Source: Candidatus Poribacteria bacterium (GTDB lineage: Bacteria > Poribacteria > WGA-4E > WGA-3G). Taken from it: a stretch of DNA of 64,000 bases. The notes under the pieces were generated by a model that searched no databases, was not told where the DNA came from, and saw only the letters and a program-made list of their open reading frames with translations. The stretch spans positions 959,097 through 1,023,096 of the forward strand of contig CBDAUH010000003.1 in assembly GCA_965200395.1 (NCBI GenBank), given 5' to 3'. The position numbers were made by a program, and so were the translations under genes. Below, piece by piece: positions 1 through 9,888 of the stretch; position 1 is the stretch's first letter; every line of letters begins with the position of its first letter.

Positions 1-900
1 GGCTCGATTCTGCCCAATGTAGAGCGTTTTACCGATGGCTGCCCATGCTGTTCCATTAGATGTAAAGGCGATGCTGCCTGTTCTGATTCGATCGGTGGAT
101 TCCGTGAGGTGATCGTTGAGTTGGGTCCAAGTTTTCCCACCGTTTTCTGAACGACAGAGCCAAGCACCGCCGCCTCGCGGTCCGTTTTGAACTGCAGCGA
201 TCAGTAAGTCGGGTTCTGATGGATGTACTGCAATAGCGGTGCCGTAGCGAACTGGCAAGCCATCAAGATGGTTTACCCAAGAGTTCCCTCGATTTTTACT
301 GACATACACCCCGTTAGCAGTGTTTGCAAAAACATAATTATCGTCTGCGGAACATGTAGCCACTTGATGGACATCTTTATGGAGTTCAGGGGTGACAGGT
401 TCCCATGTAATTCCTTCATCTGCAGAACGCATGATACTTCCGACGTGGATGTCTGCGTAGCAGTAACCGTCTTGGGTTTTGGCAAAGGTTCGCACTGCGG
501 GTGGTCCTCCCCAGGGTGTGTACCAATCTTTTCGGCATTCTAATTCGTCGAACGAGATGACTCTTTCAGCGGGTCCTTCTTCTCCGACGAGACGATATAC
601 ATAAGCTCCTTCATCTGTTCCGATGAGTATTGTCAACGGATCTTCGCGAACAAGGAGTAACGAAGCGATTGGATCCTCTATATCTGTTGGAATTCGCCGC
701 TCCCTGTCTTCCGATAAAACCAGTAGGTTTCCATCTGACAGCGCAGCGATTGCAGCTTGACCATCTGATAGAGAAACCATTGCAGAATAAGGTCCTCTTC
801 TATCAAGGTCTTGATGGTCTGTGCCTTCAAAGACTTGTGTAAGTTCAGTGTTGCCATTATCTTCAACCCTATAGATAGCGTTGTATGTTGCAAAATACAT
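1..900 (-). CDS. BNR/Asp-box repeat beta-propeller protein (sialidase/glycosidase-like); C-terminus runs off the window
   Basis: Uninterrupted minus-strand frame from ATG at 900 (AGGAG 9 nt upstream) to base 1. It is missing from the ORF track because it has no stop in the window. My translation contains three S-x-D-x-G-x-T-W type Asp-boxes (SADEGITW, SKNRGNSW, SENGGKTW). The listed ORFs in 223..893 are alternative-frame or antisense to it. Confidence 0.6.
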   Translation of the reverse strand, partial: MYFATYNAIYRVEDNGNTELTQVFEGTDHQDLDRRGPYSAMVSLSDGQAAIAALSDGNLLVLSEDRERRIPTDIEDPIASLLLVREDPLTILIGTDEGAYVYRLVGEEGPAERVISFDELECRKDWYTPWGGPPAVRTFAKTQDGYCYADIHVGSIMRSADEGITWEPVTPELHKDVHQVATCSADDNYVFANTANGVYVSKNRGNSWVNHLDGLPVRYGTAIAVHPSEPDLLIAAVQNGPRGGGAWLCRSENGGKTWTQLNDHLTESTDRIRTGSIAFTSNGTAWAAIGKTLYIGQNRA

Positions 901-1014
901 TGAATCTTCTCCTAGTTTGTGTATCCATGAACGTAAACTAACAGTTTGCTCTATAAAAATTGTTTATACCGAACTCATGTTGGGATAATCAAACGTCTTG
1001 CACTAGAATCAATA

Positions 1015-2414
1015 CTATAGTTTGGACATTTTTAGAAATTTTTAGTGCGAAAAAACAGAAAAGCAGGTATCCTTTCATAAACAAATATATTTTTTGAAAG
1101 GAGAATAAAAAATGAACCTCCTTTTCTGCTTAGACGACATTCTATCAGATTTTCAGTATCTGTTCAACACACAAAACTATGCTCTTTTCCAAGCGTTTAT
1201 TTTCGGATTTATCGCAGATGGAAATAGTGGCACGCTAACGGAACTTTATCAATCAGGTTTTTCACAGACGCGATACTGGTCTTTTCCAAAGTTTCTATCG
1301 CGTGGTAAATGGGATGCGGATAAAGTCGCAGGACACCTGACAAAAAAGGTTCAGCAAGCATTTCCTAACTGGGTTTATGTGTATGATGAGACCAAAGCCA
1401 TAAAAACAGGTGAACGCCAGTGGGGGTTGCATTTTTTCCGCAACTTCAGTTATCAAAAGGGTCGCGTGAACCGATCCAAGTTCCATTATGGACACGAGTT
1501 TGGTGCCTTAGGTTTACTTTGCCAAACATCTACAGGTTGGCAGCTATTCCCCGTATGGGCGAGACTGATGGTGCCGCAGACGTGCCGTGATAAAAGCGAT
1601 GCGGTGTTGAAACGCATCTGTTCCCAGATCGCTCCGGGTCTTATTATTTTTGATCGTGGGTTCTCAAGGCGAAAAGTGTTTACGCTGGTTCAAAGTTATG
1701 GACATCATATCTTGTGTCGTGCGAAGTCTAATGCCGTCTTCTATCGTTTACCGGAACAGCCGAAACATCGCCAGCGTGGCCGTCCGCGAAAATATGGAGA
1801 CCGCTTGGATATTCGCAGGATGCGGTATACGCTTATGGATATAGAAGGCCAAAAGTATTCAATCGCCTCCAAAGTCGTGAGAACGAAGATGTGCGATGCT
1901 GATATTCGCCTCGTTGTTATCCGAAGTCGCCCGAAAACCTCGAAACCTTATCGGTATTTCTGTGTATGGACAACAGATTTGACGATTGGGATACCACAGA
2001 TCGCTATATATTATCGCAAGAGATGGCACATAGAGACGGCTTTTCGGGATGCGAAGCAACACTTCGGTTTTGATGACTATCGCCTGAAATCCCGCAAAAG
2101 CATCAATCGGTTTGTGCAATTGAGTTTCGTTGCAGCAAGTCTGACGAAGTTGCTATTCACCCCACGGGATGGGACGGCGGAGGAGATAAGTGCTCAGGTA
2201 GTTTGTGATCAGTTGGGCATCCATTGGTATCATCCGAAGCGTCTCACACAAGGGTTGCGTGTAGTTTATCTCCGCTGGCAGCTCTACAGAGCGGTATTTT
2301 CTGCGATTTACTCTGAAAAAACAAACTCACAGAAAATACACACCGATTTTCACAAAGAGACAGCATTGCCTGCGGACAACGCAGCCTGAATGTCCCAAAA
2401 TGTCCAAACTTTAG
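1015..2414 (+). mobile_element. IS4-family insertion sequence, copy A (about 1.4 kb)
   Basis: Terminal inverted repeats CTATAGTTTGGACATTTT (1015..1032) and AAAATGTCCAAACTTTAG (2397..2414, 1 mismatch) enclose the transposase. An exact 11-bp direct repeat TAGAATCAATA at 1004..1014 and 2415..2425 is the target-site duplication. Confidence 0.8.
1112..2389 (+). CDS. IS4-family DDE transposase
   Basis: 425-aa ORF with DDE-type motifs VYVYDET and IIFDRGF, plus the IS4 Y-(2)-R-(3)-E-(6)-K signature in YRKRWHIETAFRDAK. Clear paralogue of the ORF at 39397..40629. Confidence 0.9.
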   Translation: MNLLFCLDDILSDFQYLFNTQNYALFQAFIFGFIADGNSGTLTELYQSGFSQTRYWSFPKFLSRGKWDADKVAGHLTKKVQQAFPNWVYVYDETKAIKTGERQWGLHFFRNFSYQKGRVNRSKFHYGHEFGALGLLCQTSTGWQLFPVWARLMVPQTCRDKSDAVLKRICSQIAPGLIIFDRGFSRRKVFTLVQSYGHHILCRAKSNAVFYRLPEQPKHRQRGRPRKYGDRLDIRRMRYTLMDIEGQKYSIASKVVRTKMCDADIRLVVIRSRPKTSKPYRYFCVWTTDLTIGIPQIAIYYRKRWHIETAFRDAKQHFGFDDYRLKSRKSINRFVQLSFVAASLTKLLFTPRDGTAEEISAQVVCDQLGIHWYHPKRLTQGLRVVYLRWQLYRAVFSAIYSEKTNSQKIHTDFHKETALPADNAA

Positions 2415-2498
2415 TAGAATCAATAGCGGCCTGTAATCCTTTTGTAGCATCTTCTCACTGTTGATTGCTCCATTAAGTTCTATGTTTTGAGGACTGAG

Positions 2499-3782
2499 CT
2501 ACATTGCAAATGTCTTCTCATCATCAAGGTCCATCAGAGCAAACCAAGTGCTGATATCCGAATCTTCAGCGTCAAGTTTCCTGAGCATCTTTGCCATCAT
2601 CGCTTTATATCGCTCGTTTTCGGGCCCCATGTTAGTTATCTTTTCATTAAACGTTTCTACTTCGGAGTCACTTTTTGCATAGTTATTCTTCAACCATGAC
2701 TCAATCTCAGCGTCGGTAGTATATTCCTTCAGTGCTTCTGTAAATTCATCGGCAGGTACGCCGAGGAAACCGAGTGTCATCCTGTCCATTCCCGATTCTT
2801 CTGCATAAAAATACTCGCCTAATGTGTTGCCGTTAAATGCTCTGCCTTTGTCTATCAATCGTGCAAGGTGTACTATGCCGCACACATCTGTATTGTAAGG
2901 GCTACGTGGTGCGCGCCGATTGAGATCGACAATACCGAAGCTCAATTCATCATCCAAATCTTGAAGTGCAACCCATGTTGTAATGTCTGTGCGACTTGCA
3001 TCCACTTCCTGACGACGTGCTTCAAACCTTTCTTGTGTCGTTTCGTCCGGACCGCGATTGATCATAGCATGATTGTAAGTATCAATTTCCTGTTGTGATT
3101 TATTGCAGTTTTCCTGTACCCATTCACCGAGTTCGATATCGTTTGGGTTGTTAACTGCTGCCTCCTGAAAGTCATCTGCTGATACATCCAGGAACGCTAG
3201 GATACGGACATCTTGTCCAGAAATATCGCCATATTTATAGTCACCGATTTTTCCTGCGCGTTCGGCGCGGGCTTTATCTGCCATTCGAGCAACTCCGCAG
3301 ATACCAGCGATATCCCTTGCTCGTGCGCTGCGCGGTGGTCTTTCAGTGAGGTCGACTTGCCAGAAACAACCCCAATCATCGAGTTCGATGGACTGCAGCA
3401 CTGTCTTAATGTCAGTACGGTCAGGTGCATATTTAGCTAATCGTTCTTCTAAAAGTTGCTGGTGTTTCTTGTCTGTGGGCAGTCGTTCTAATTCTGATTG
3501 GTTAAATGCTTCGATTTCAGCTTCTGTCTTATTGCCTTGTTTCAGCATCCAAGTGCTAAGTGCTGTATCGTCGTATTCATCTGCTGCTTCTGCGAAATCG
3601 TCTGCGGAAATACCTAAAAATTCCAATATCCTGCGATCTAAACCTGAATGTTTTCCATATACAAAATCGCCGAGCGTCTCTTTGTTGTGGGCGCGTGCTT
3701 TGTCAGTCATACGTGCTGCACCTACAATACCTGCAATGCCTAAGTTGGTTGGACGGCGCGGTGGTTGTCGTGTTAAATCCAT
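2499..3782 (-). CDS. Protein made of three tandem DUF5069-like modules
   Basis: 427-aa ORF. A module of about 140 aa recurs three times: DL(T/N)-R-PPRSP ... GI.G.ARM.DK.RA ... G(D/E)(F/Y).YG..SG.D ... FLG(I/V).ADDF.EA. The DUF5069 assignment is from memory of that family, not from a search. Confidence 0.7.
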   Translation of the reverse strand: MDLTRQPPRRPTNLGIAGIVGAARMTDKARAHNKETLGDFVYGKHSGLDRRILEFLGISADDFAEAADEYDDTALSTWMLKQGNKTEAEIEAFNQSELERLPTDKKHQQLLEERLAKYAPDRTDIKTVLQSIELDDWGCFWQVDLTERPPRSARARDIAGICGVARMADKARAERAGKIGDYKYGDISGQDVRILAFLDVSADDFQEAAVNNPNDIELGEWVQENCNKSQQEIDTYNHAMINRGPDETTQERFEARRQEVDASRTDITTWVALQDLDDELSFGIVDLNRRAPRSPYNTDVCGIVHLARLIDKGRAFNGNTLGEYFYAEESGMDRMTLGFLGVPADEFTEALKEYTTDAEIESWLKNNYAKSDSEVETFNEKITNMGPENERYKAMMAKMLRKLDAEDSDISTWFALMDLDDEKTFAM

Positions 3783-3913
3783 AATTTGTTTCCTTTCAAT
3801 TTGAAAATGTGGTAATATATCTGCTAGAGTATTGTAGCATATTTTTTGAGCATGTCAATTGAAATCTGTCTGATACTTAATCTGAAATTGGAACAACAAA
3901 ACTCAATTAATCT

Positions 3914-5620
3914 ATGAAGAAGAACCTACCAATCCTCATAATCTCTGTACTTGGCGTAGTATTATCAATAATCCTGTGCGGCATCTGTCTCAAATTCACA
4001 TATTTTGAACCTGACACCGCTTCATATCTATTTCAGGCGAAGTTGTTTGCACAAGGCAAAATATCTGTACCGACACCTATCCGAACATCTGATGGAGCAC
4101 CGATTCAAGACCCGAATGGCAAACTGATGCCTGAATATGGGCTCTCTCCTTCACCACACATTAACATGCTAAATGGTAAATGGTATTCCAAATATCCATT
4201 TGGAAACGCGCTTATGCTAATGTTTGGTGTATTCTTCAATGTGCCATGGTTTATTCCTGCCCTTGCAACTGGCGGTGCGATATTTCTACTTTTTCTTTTA
4301 ATCAAAGACACTTATGGTAAACCTATTGCGCTTATAGCTGCGGTGATTGCGCTGATTTCTCCTGCAACAGCAGGTATGGGGTCGACATGGTTCAGTGAAC
4401 CGGTAAGTCGATTTTATCTCACGCTCTTTCTATTTACACTTGTCCGCATCCTTAATGGGCAACGACATGTAATCTATCCGCTTCTTTCTGGTATCGCTTT
4501 AGGGTATGCATTCAATACGCGTCCACTCTCTGCCATAGTTTTCGGTGTTGTTGGGGCAGGATTCGCATTATATCATCTCTATAAACCGGCAGTATTGGAC
4601 GAATCCATCGAAGGAATAGATGAACAGAACCAACCAAACACACCTACACAGAAACAGTTGATGACTCGGTTAGGGATTTTTTTAATACCCTTTGCGTTTA
4701 TGATCTTGGTATGTATGGCGTGGAATCATCATTTTACAGGAAACCCGTTTAAATTCACACATACAGCGGCGCAACCTTACGACAAAGTAGGTTTTGGCAA
4801 ACGCACTGAAGGTTACTATCCAGATATTGAACGGGCCTGGGAATTTAAACCGCAATGGGCAGTAAAAAGAACGTGGCAACACATTCTTCCGTGTATCAGT
4901 TTCAACGCACTTGGATGGGGTAACTATCGACCGAGACTTCTGGTAGAGCCAAAACCATCGCTAAAATTCTTCCTTGACTTTTTCCCGTTACTGATACCGT
5001 GGTTCCTTGCGCTTCTGCCCTTATTTCACCCATCACGTAACCGATATGATGTGCTATGTATTTCATTCATTGTAGGTAGTCTGTTGCTATATGCCTTCTT
5101 CTATTTCGAAGGGTCAACATGGGGTATCACCCCTGTAAATGCCCGCTATTATGCGGAAGCAATATTTCTCGGATTCATTCCATTAACAGCACGTGGTATG
5201 TATATCCTTTATCAAAGGTTCAAAAAACCGATATGGACAAACAAACTTGCTTATGCTGCAGGAATTTGTCTATTATTGCTTAGCGTGAATACTGTGTGGA
5301 GCTATGTGCGAATTGGAAAGGTGTACCAGAATTGGGGTTCTATTCCATTCTACCAGAAACTCCCGCGAAGAGCAGCGGAATTTGATATACACAACGCAGT
5401 CATATTTATAACTGGGACACGAGATGCACCGATAGGTGACTATCCATTTAAAAGTCTGAATGAAGCGAATATTGTCTACTATAAACTTGGACCAGCACCA
5501 CGTTGGGGATTGACATTTAGCGATTGGCAAAGTGTGTACAAGGAATACTTCAAGGGAAGAGATGCATATCTGTATGAAGTAGGAAAGAACAATATAAAGC
5601 CTTTGGTCCCTGATCCTTAG
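3914..5620 (+). CDS. Polytopic membrane protein, probably a GT-C fold glycosyltransferase (family 39/83, ArnT/PMT-like)
   Basis: 568-aa ORF with many hydrophobic helices and a soluble C-terminal domain. The overall architecture resembles ArnT/PMT-type enzymes. No diagnostic motif was verified. Confidence 0.5.
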   Translation: MKKNLPILIISVLGVVLSIILCGICLKFTYFEPDTASYLFQAKLFAQGKISVPTPIRTSDGAPIQDPNGKLMPEYGLSPSPHINMLNGKWYSKYPFGNALMLMFGVFFNVPWFIPALATGGAIFLLFLLIKDTYGKPIALIAAVIALISPATAGMGSTWFSEPVSRFYLTLFLFTLVRILNGQRHVIYPLLSGIALGYAFNTRPLSAIVFGVVGAGFALYHLYKPAVLDESIEGIDEQNQPNTPTQKQLMTRLGIFLIPFAFMILVCMAWNHHFTGNPFKFTHTAAQPYDKVGFGKRTEGYYPDIERAWEFKPQWAVKRTWQHILPCISFNALGWGNYRPRLLVEPKPSLKFFLDFFPLLIPWFLALLPLFHPSRNRYDVLCISFIVGSLLLYAFFYFEGSTWGITPVNARYYAEAIFLGFIPLTARGMYILYQRFKKPIWTNKLAYAAGICLLLLSVNTVWSYVRIGKVYQNWGSIPFYQKLPRRAAEFDIHNAVIFITGTRDAPIGDYPFKSLNEANIVYYKLGPAPRWGLTFSDWQSVYKEYFKGRDAYLYEVGKNNIKPLVPDP

Positions 5621-5661
5621 GCAAAGATTGTTGAAGAACAGAATTCCAATTCTCTTCTGAG

Positions 5662-6435
5662 TTATGACTGGATCATCTCTCTAAACTTTCGCGTAAAATC
5701 ACAACTCCGTTTAATGCTTGCAACATCTTCCATTTTATATTGAACGACAAGCGGTCCCGAGAAATTAATCTCCTTCAACCCCTTTGCAAAAGTCTCAAAA
5801 TCGAACACACCACCGCCTGGTTCGCCGCGATCACTACCAGATACATGCACATCGCCTAAGCACGTTTGCATTGCCAATGCTGCACGATGTGGATCTGCAC
5901 CGTCATTGAACAGATGGTATGTATCGCAGGTGAGATATACAGGCAATCCAGTATGAGTAATAAAAGTGACACCTTCGCGATAGTTATCAAGCGGGCATCC
6001 TTTTTCGAACTCAAGGGCGATCTTAATTTCATGCTCATTACAAGCAGGTACCATTTGAGTCAAGTTATCTGCAAGTGAATTCAACGAATCTTCTCGTGAA
6101 ACATTAGCAGATGGATTTACCCATACACCGATAAACTCGGCTTCAAATTGTTTTGCAACTTCAAGGACTATCTTAAAGTGCTGCAATGCTTCATCTTTTC
6201 GGGTAGGGGTTGTCAAAATATGATTTCCAAAACCGATTGTCGGTGCAACAAGGTTATGTTTTTCAGCGAGTTTCACTGCATCTTCTATTTCCGCTTTAGA
6301 CAGTTCACCGAGAAATGCTGAATTCACAGGTATGTTAATGCCTTCATAACCGGCATCGGAGACAAGATTGAAAATCTCCGCGCGCGTAAATCTCCCTAAT
6401 GTACCAGAATAAGGGTCGTAACAGACTGTCAACAT
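5662..6435 (-). CDS. Sugar phosphate isomerase/epimerase (xylose isomerase-like TIM barrel) family protein
   Basis: 257-aa ORF. The pattern GYEGINIP ... KIALEFE ... CDTYH ... GDVHVSG is typical of AP_endonuc_2/TIM-barrel proteins. Confidence 0.7.
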   Translation of the reverse strand: MLTVCYDPYSGTLGRFTRAEIFNLVSDAGYEGINIPVNSAFLGELSKAEIEDAVKLAEKHNLVAPTIGFGNHILTTPTRKDEALQHFKIVLEVAKQFEAEFIGVWVNPSANVSREDSLNSLADNLTQMVPACNEHEIKIALEFEKGCPLDNYREGVTFITHTGLPVYLTCDTYHLFNDGADPHRAALAMQTCLGDVHVSGSDRGEPGGGVFDFETFAKGLKEINFSGPLVVQYKMEDVASIKRSCDFTRKFREMIQS

Positions 6436-6476
6436 CGTTTTTCCTCTGTTCTATACATGTTCTATACAAATTTTTA

Positions 6477-7535
6477 TCAATAAACAACGCCTATTTCTTC
6501 ACGCCAAGCATCCAACACCTTCATATTTCCCAAGGTGTCATCCCAAGACATTGCAGGTGCTTGCCGATCAGAGATATGGTTTGCAACCGTATCTGCTTCG
6601 TAAGTAAAGAGGTCACGGTCTACCTCAACAGTTATCTCCGTTGTTTCTCTATTTTGATAAGAGTTTAACACAATTTCACTCGGTGGGAAGGTTGTATCTA
6701 GAGGCATTGCAGCTCTTGCGCCGCGGCAAGGTGAAGACGGTAGCCAAGGACTTGGGATCGTTATTATACCGCCAGAACCGTAGATAATGACTTTACTTCC
6801 GATGTTACATTCAACGGCACAAGTGATTTCAGCAATAATATCGTTTTCAAATTTCAGTGTTGCCGCTGCGATGTGATCTACACCGGTAGGTCCCACTTTC
6901 CCATGTGCCTTCACCGAAATTGGGTCTAAGAACAATTTACCTTCAGCTGCGCCGGCAACTTTTCGAGCTATTGAGGCAGTATAGCACCCGATATCAAGAA
7001 TGCCGCCACCGCCCATTTCACGATTGAAGAGACGACTCTCAGGATTGAAACCTGATTGAAAACCGAATGTCGATCGAATGAAACGTACTTCGCCGATAGC
7101 ATCGTCCTGAATTAACTCAACCATGCGTTGTATTTGTGGATGGCAACGATACATAAACGCTTCCATTAGAAACACATCATTTTTACGCGCTGCATCCACC
7201 ATTGTTGAAGCGGTAGCATGATCAATACTGATTGGCTTCTCAACTAGGATATGTTTTTTTGCTTCTGCTGCCTTTATTGCCCACTCTGCGTGGTATGGAT
7301 GAATAGTTGCAATATAAACTGCATCAATATCTTCATCAGCTAACAGTGCTTCGTAACTCCCGTAGCGACGGGGAATATCAAAAATATCTGCAAAACTTTC
7401 AGCGCGCGATTTAGTTCGGCTTGCGACAGCGAAGATCTGTCCTGAATCTGTGAATCGCATACCGTTACAAAAAACGCGTGCAATACCGCCAGGACCAATT
7501 ACGCCCCAATTTAACATCAATATTTTCTCCTTCAA
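6477..7535 (-). CDS. Gfo/Idh/MocA family NAD(P)-dependent oxidoreductase
   Basis: 352-aa ORF. N-terminal Rossmann motif WGVIGPGGIA and the family EKP motif (ILVEKPISID). Confidence 0.85.
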   Translation of the reverse strand: MKEKILMLNWGVIGPGGIARVFCNGMRFTDSGQIFAVASRTKSRAESFADIFDIPRRYGSYEALLADEDIDAVYIATIHPYHAEWAIKAAEAKKHILVEKPISIDHATASTMVDAARKNDVFLMEAFMYRCHPQIQRMVELIQDDAIGEVRFIRSTFGFQSGFNPESRLFNREMGGGGILDIGCYTASIARKVAGAAEGKLFLDPISVKAHGKVGPTGVDHIAAATLKFENDIIAEITCAVECNIGSKVIIYGSGGIITIPSPWLPSSPCRGARAAMPLDTTFPPSEIVLNSYQNRETTEITVEVDRDLFTYEADTVANHISDRQAPAMSWDDTLGNMKVLDAWREEIGVVY

Positions 7536-7742
7536 AAATTAAGTTTTCTTTATGCTCAATTTATCATAATCGCCCTTTTTTAGCAATAGATAACAATAAT
7601 AGTATTGAGACAATCAATTGTGGGTAGTGGCTACTTCTTGATAAAAGCCTTTCCTCTGTAAGAGCGATACTTGAATCGCGTTTTACCACTAAAACGATCA
7701 TAATATGACAATTTGATGACTCTGCAATCGATTCATAAAGGT

Positions 7743-7771
7743 TTGACTTTTATTTGAATATACATTATAAT
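7743..7771 (+). promoter_or_regulatory. Sigma-70-like promoter for the 7888..9597 gene string
   Basis: TTGACT (7743..7748), 17-nt spacer, TATAAT (7766..7771). Predicts a leader of about 110 nt before the ATG at 7888. Confidence 0.5.
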
Positions 7772-7887
7772 ACATTTCAACACCTACGAAATCAGGTAAG
7801 AGATAGTGTTATTATCTCCGCTGTTCTTATTCTGAATAACGATGTGTGATACTCAACGGTCGGATGCAACACATGTAAGGAGAAGAG

Positions 7888-8133
7888 ATGGCAACGATTG
7901 TTAAACACAATATAACAGGTAAAAATTACTGTTTGCTCGGTACAGGTTTCGGTGTGTTCCAATCCTCAAAACCGAATGCATTTTTTGGTAATCTAATGGC
8001 GGATGTGGATGAAGGTGAATATGCCATGGTCTGCGTTTGTGATAGTACTGGAGCAATTTATTGGATAGATGCAGGAAAGGTAACTGTAATAAGTGTTGAT
8101 GGACAAAATGTTGGAGAACTTCCACTTGCGTGA
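7888..8133 (+). CDS. Hypothetical small protein (81 aa)
   Basis: ORF preceded by a strong RBS (TAAGGAGAAGAG-ATG). No family recognised. Confidence 0.55.
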   Translation: MATIVKHNITGKNYCLLGTGFGVFQSSKPNAFFGNLMADVDEGEYAMVCVCDSTGAIYWIDAGKVTVISVDGQNVGELPLA

Positions 8134-8210
8134 TGGATTGCCAATTCTTGTTGCATAATAGCGGGCATATCTCCAAACACTCATATTCACGAAAGGAAAC
8201 TTTTCACCGT

Positions 8211-8789
8211 ATGGATTTACAACAGATTAACATTAAGGTTTTCGCTACCGAAGATAGCGAAATTAACTACACCAACTTTATCAAAGTTTTCAACCGCTGG
8301 ATGGAGGAAGCTGATTCCGATGATTATCTAAACTATGCGGATTATTCGCACGTTGATGCTGGGCCCGGTGTACTGTTGATTTTGAAGCAAGCCAACTATA
8401 GTATTGATAATGCGTATCATAAAGCAGGGCTGCTTTACAATAGAAAGCATGAAGTTGAGGGAGATAACGGCGATAAAATTCGTCAAGCACTCACTGAGAC
8501 ACTCTCTAAGTGTGAATTACTTGAAGCATCAGAAGAGTTGGAAAATGCTATCCATTTCAACGGTTCTGACATTCTATTTATGATAAATAATCGTAATATC
8601 GCTCCGAATACGGATGACACCGCGGAAGCGATTCAAGCTGATCTTGAACCTGTTCTTAAACAGATGTACGATGGTGATGATTTCACGATTGAACGTACTT
8701 CTGAAGATATACGTGAAAGGTTTGCAGTGCGTATCTCCGCCAATTCGTCCAAGCCGCTTTCTGAGCTTATCTCCAATCTTGGAGGATAA
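8211..8789 (+). CDS. Hypothetical 192-aa protein ending in Gly-Gly, coupled to the downstream E1-like gene
   Basis: In-frame ATG at 8211 with GAAAGGA 14 nt upstream; the track start at 8130 adds an implausible extension. The protein ends ...LISNLGG-stop. Its stop (8787..8789) is 1 nt before the ATG of the MoeB/ThiF gene, whose GGAGGA RBS lies inside this ORF. Confidence 0.6.
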   Translation: MDLQQINIKVFATEDSEINYTNFIKVFNRWMEEADSDDYLNYADYSHVDAGPGVLLILKQANYSIDNAYHKAGLLYNRKHEVEGDNGDKIRQALTETLSKCELLEASEELENAIHFNGSDILFMINNRNIAPNTDDTAEAIQADLEPVLKQMYDGDDFTIERTSEDIRERFAVRISANSSKPLSELISNLGG

Positions 8790-8790
8790 A

Positions 8791-9597
8791 ATGTATAACT
8801 TTAGCAAAGAACAGATTGAGCGGTATAGTCGGCATATTATTCTCAAAGAAGTCGGTGGGATGGGTCAGACAAAGTTGCTTGAGTCGAAAGTGCTTCTTAT
8901 TGGGGCGGGTGGACTCGGTTCACCTATTGCTGTCTACCTTGCAGCAGCGGGAGTCGGCACCCTTGGCATCATTGATGATGATGTTGTGGACCTCAGCAAT
9001 CTGCAACGTCAAATCCTACATGGTACCAGTGATATTGGTATACCCAAGACGAAATCCGCAGAAGCCACTATCACAGAGATGAACCCTGATGTCAAAGTCA
9101 TCCCTATTGATGAACGTATAAATTCTGAAAACGCTTTTCAGATATTGGAACAGTATGATTTAATCGTAGATGGTTGTGATAACTTTCCGACACGTTATCT
9201 CATCAACGATGCGTGTGTTATGCTTGGTAAACCGATTGTACACGGTAGCATTTTCCAGTTTGATGGTCAAGTAACAGTGCTATATCCTGGTAAGGGCCCG
9301 TGCTATCGATGTATCTTTCCAGAGCCACCCCCAGCAGGTATGGCACCGAGTTGCCAAGAAGCGGGTGTTTTCGGTGTCCTCCCGGGCATTATCGGCACAA
9401 TTCAGGCAGTTGAAGCAATAAAAATCCTATTAGACATAGGAGAATCCTTGATCGGTACCCTCCTAATTTTTGATGCCCTAACAATGAGTTTCAATCGAAT
9501 GAAGCTCCGCCAGGATGAGAACTGCCTGATGTGTGGAGAAAATCCAACTATTACGGAACTTATTGATTATGAAGAATTCTGTGAAGTGCGTTGGTAA
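8791..9597 (+). CDS. HesA/MoeB/ThiF family adenylyltransferase (E1-like)
   Basis: MYNFSKEQIERYSRHIILKEVG start, nucleotide-binding loop LLIGAGGLGSP, and the two Cys pairs CYRCIF and CLMCG. The track ORF start at 8614 is an upstream extension; the ATG at 8791 follows GGAGGA. Confidence 0.9.
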   Translation: MYNFSKEQIERYSRHIILKEVGGMGQTKLLESKVLLIGAGGLGSPIAVYLAAAGVGTLGIIDDDVVDLSNLQRQILHGTSDIGIPKTKSAEATITEMNPDVKVIPIDERINSENAFQILEQYDLIVDGCDNFPTRYLINDACVMLGKPIVHGSIFQFDGQVTVLYPGKGPCYRCIFPEPPPAGMAPSCQEAGVFGVLPGIIGTIQAVEAIKILLDIGESLIGTLLIFDALTMSFNRMKLRQDENCLMCGENPTITELIDYEEFCEVRW

Positions 9598-9684
9598 AAC
9601 CTATTCAAAATTTTCCAGAGTCAACAATTGGTAATATTTGATACTTTTTTCTAGATCTACAAAAAAATAACATGGAGGCAACAA

Positions 9685-9888
9685 ATGCAAATGGGATTGG
9701 GATTGGGATTAGCTTTTTCACTTTTTTCACTATTAGTCAGTATTTTCTTCGTAACCTTATTCATACTTGCGGTATTAGAACTGAAGGCTATTTCAAGATC
9801 GTTGTCCAATATTGAACAATTTCTTTACCAACAGGCTGATAGTAAAGATAGAGGCGAGTCCAGGGACATTAACTCTAAACTAACCTAA
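9685..9888 (+). CDS. Small predicted membrane protein (67 aa)
   Basis: GGAGG RBS 7 nt upstream. One long hydrophobic segment followed by a charged tail. Confidence 0.4.
   Translation: MQMGLGLGLAFSLFSLLVSIFFVTLFILAVLELKAISRSLSNIEQFLYQQADSKDRGESRDINSKLT

Noticed and set aside
223-893. Track ORFs 223..543(+), 273..485(-), 630..842(+) and 678..893(-) as genes
   Set aside because: All lie inside, antisense to or out of frame with a 300-codon open minus-strand frame (900..1). That frame has an RBS and BNR/Asp-box motifs.
7772-7887. A Moco (or other) riboswitch in the leader of about 110 nt ahead of the operon containing MoeB/ThiF
   Set aside because: I could not find the conserved Moco-motif elements by eye. 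I saw only a short palindrome (TTATTC-T-GAATAA) and a 6-bp stem near the RBS. That is insufficient evidence without a covariance-model scan.
8130-8790. The long track starts for the GG-terminal protein (8130) and the MoeB/ThiF gene (8614)
   Set aside because: The extensions overlap upstream genes and lack an RBS. Internal ATGs at 8211 and 8791 have Shine-Dalgarno sequences, and for the MoeB/ThiF gene the family-typical N-terminus starts there.
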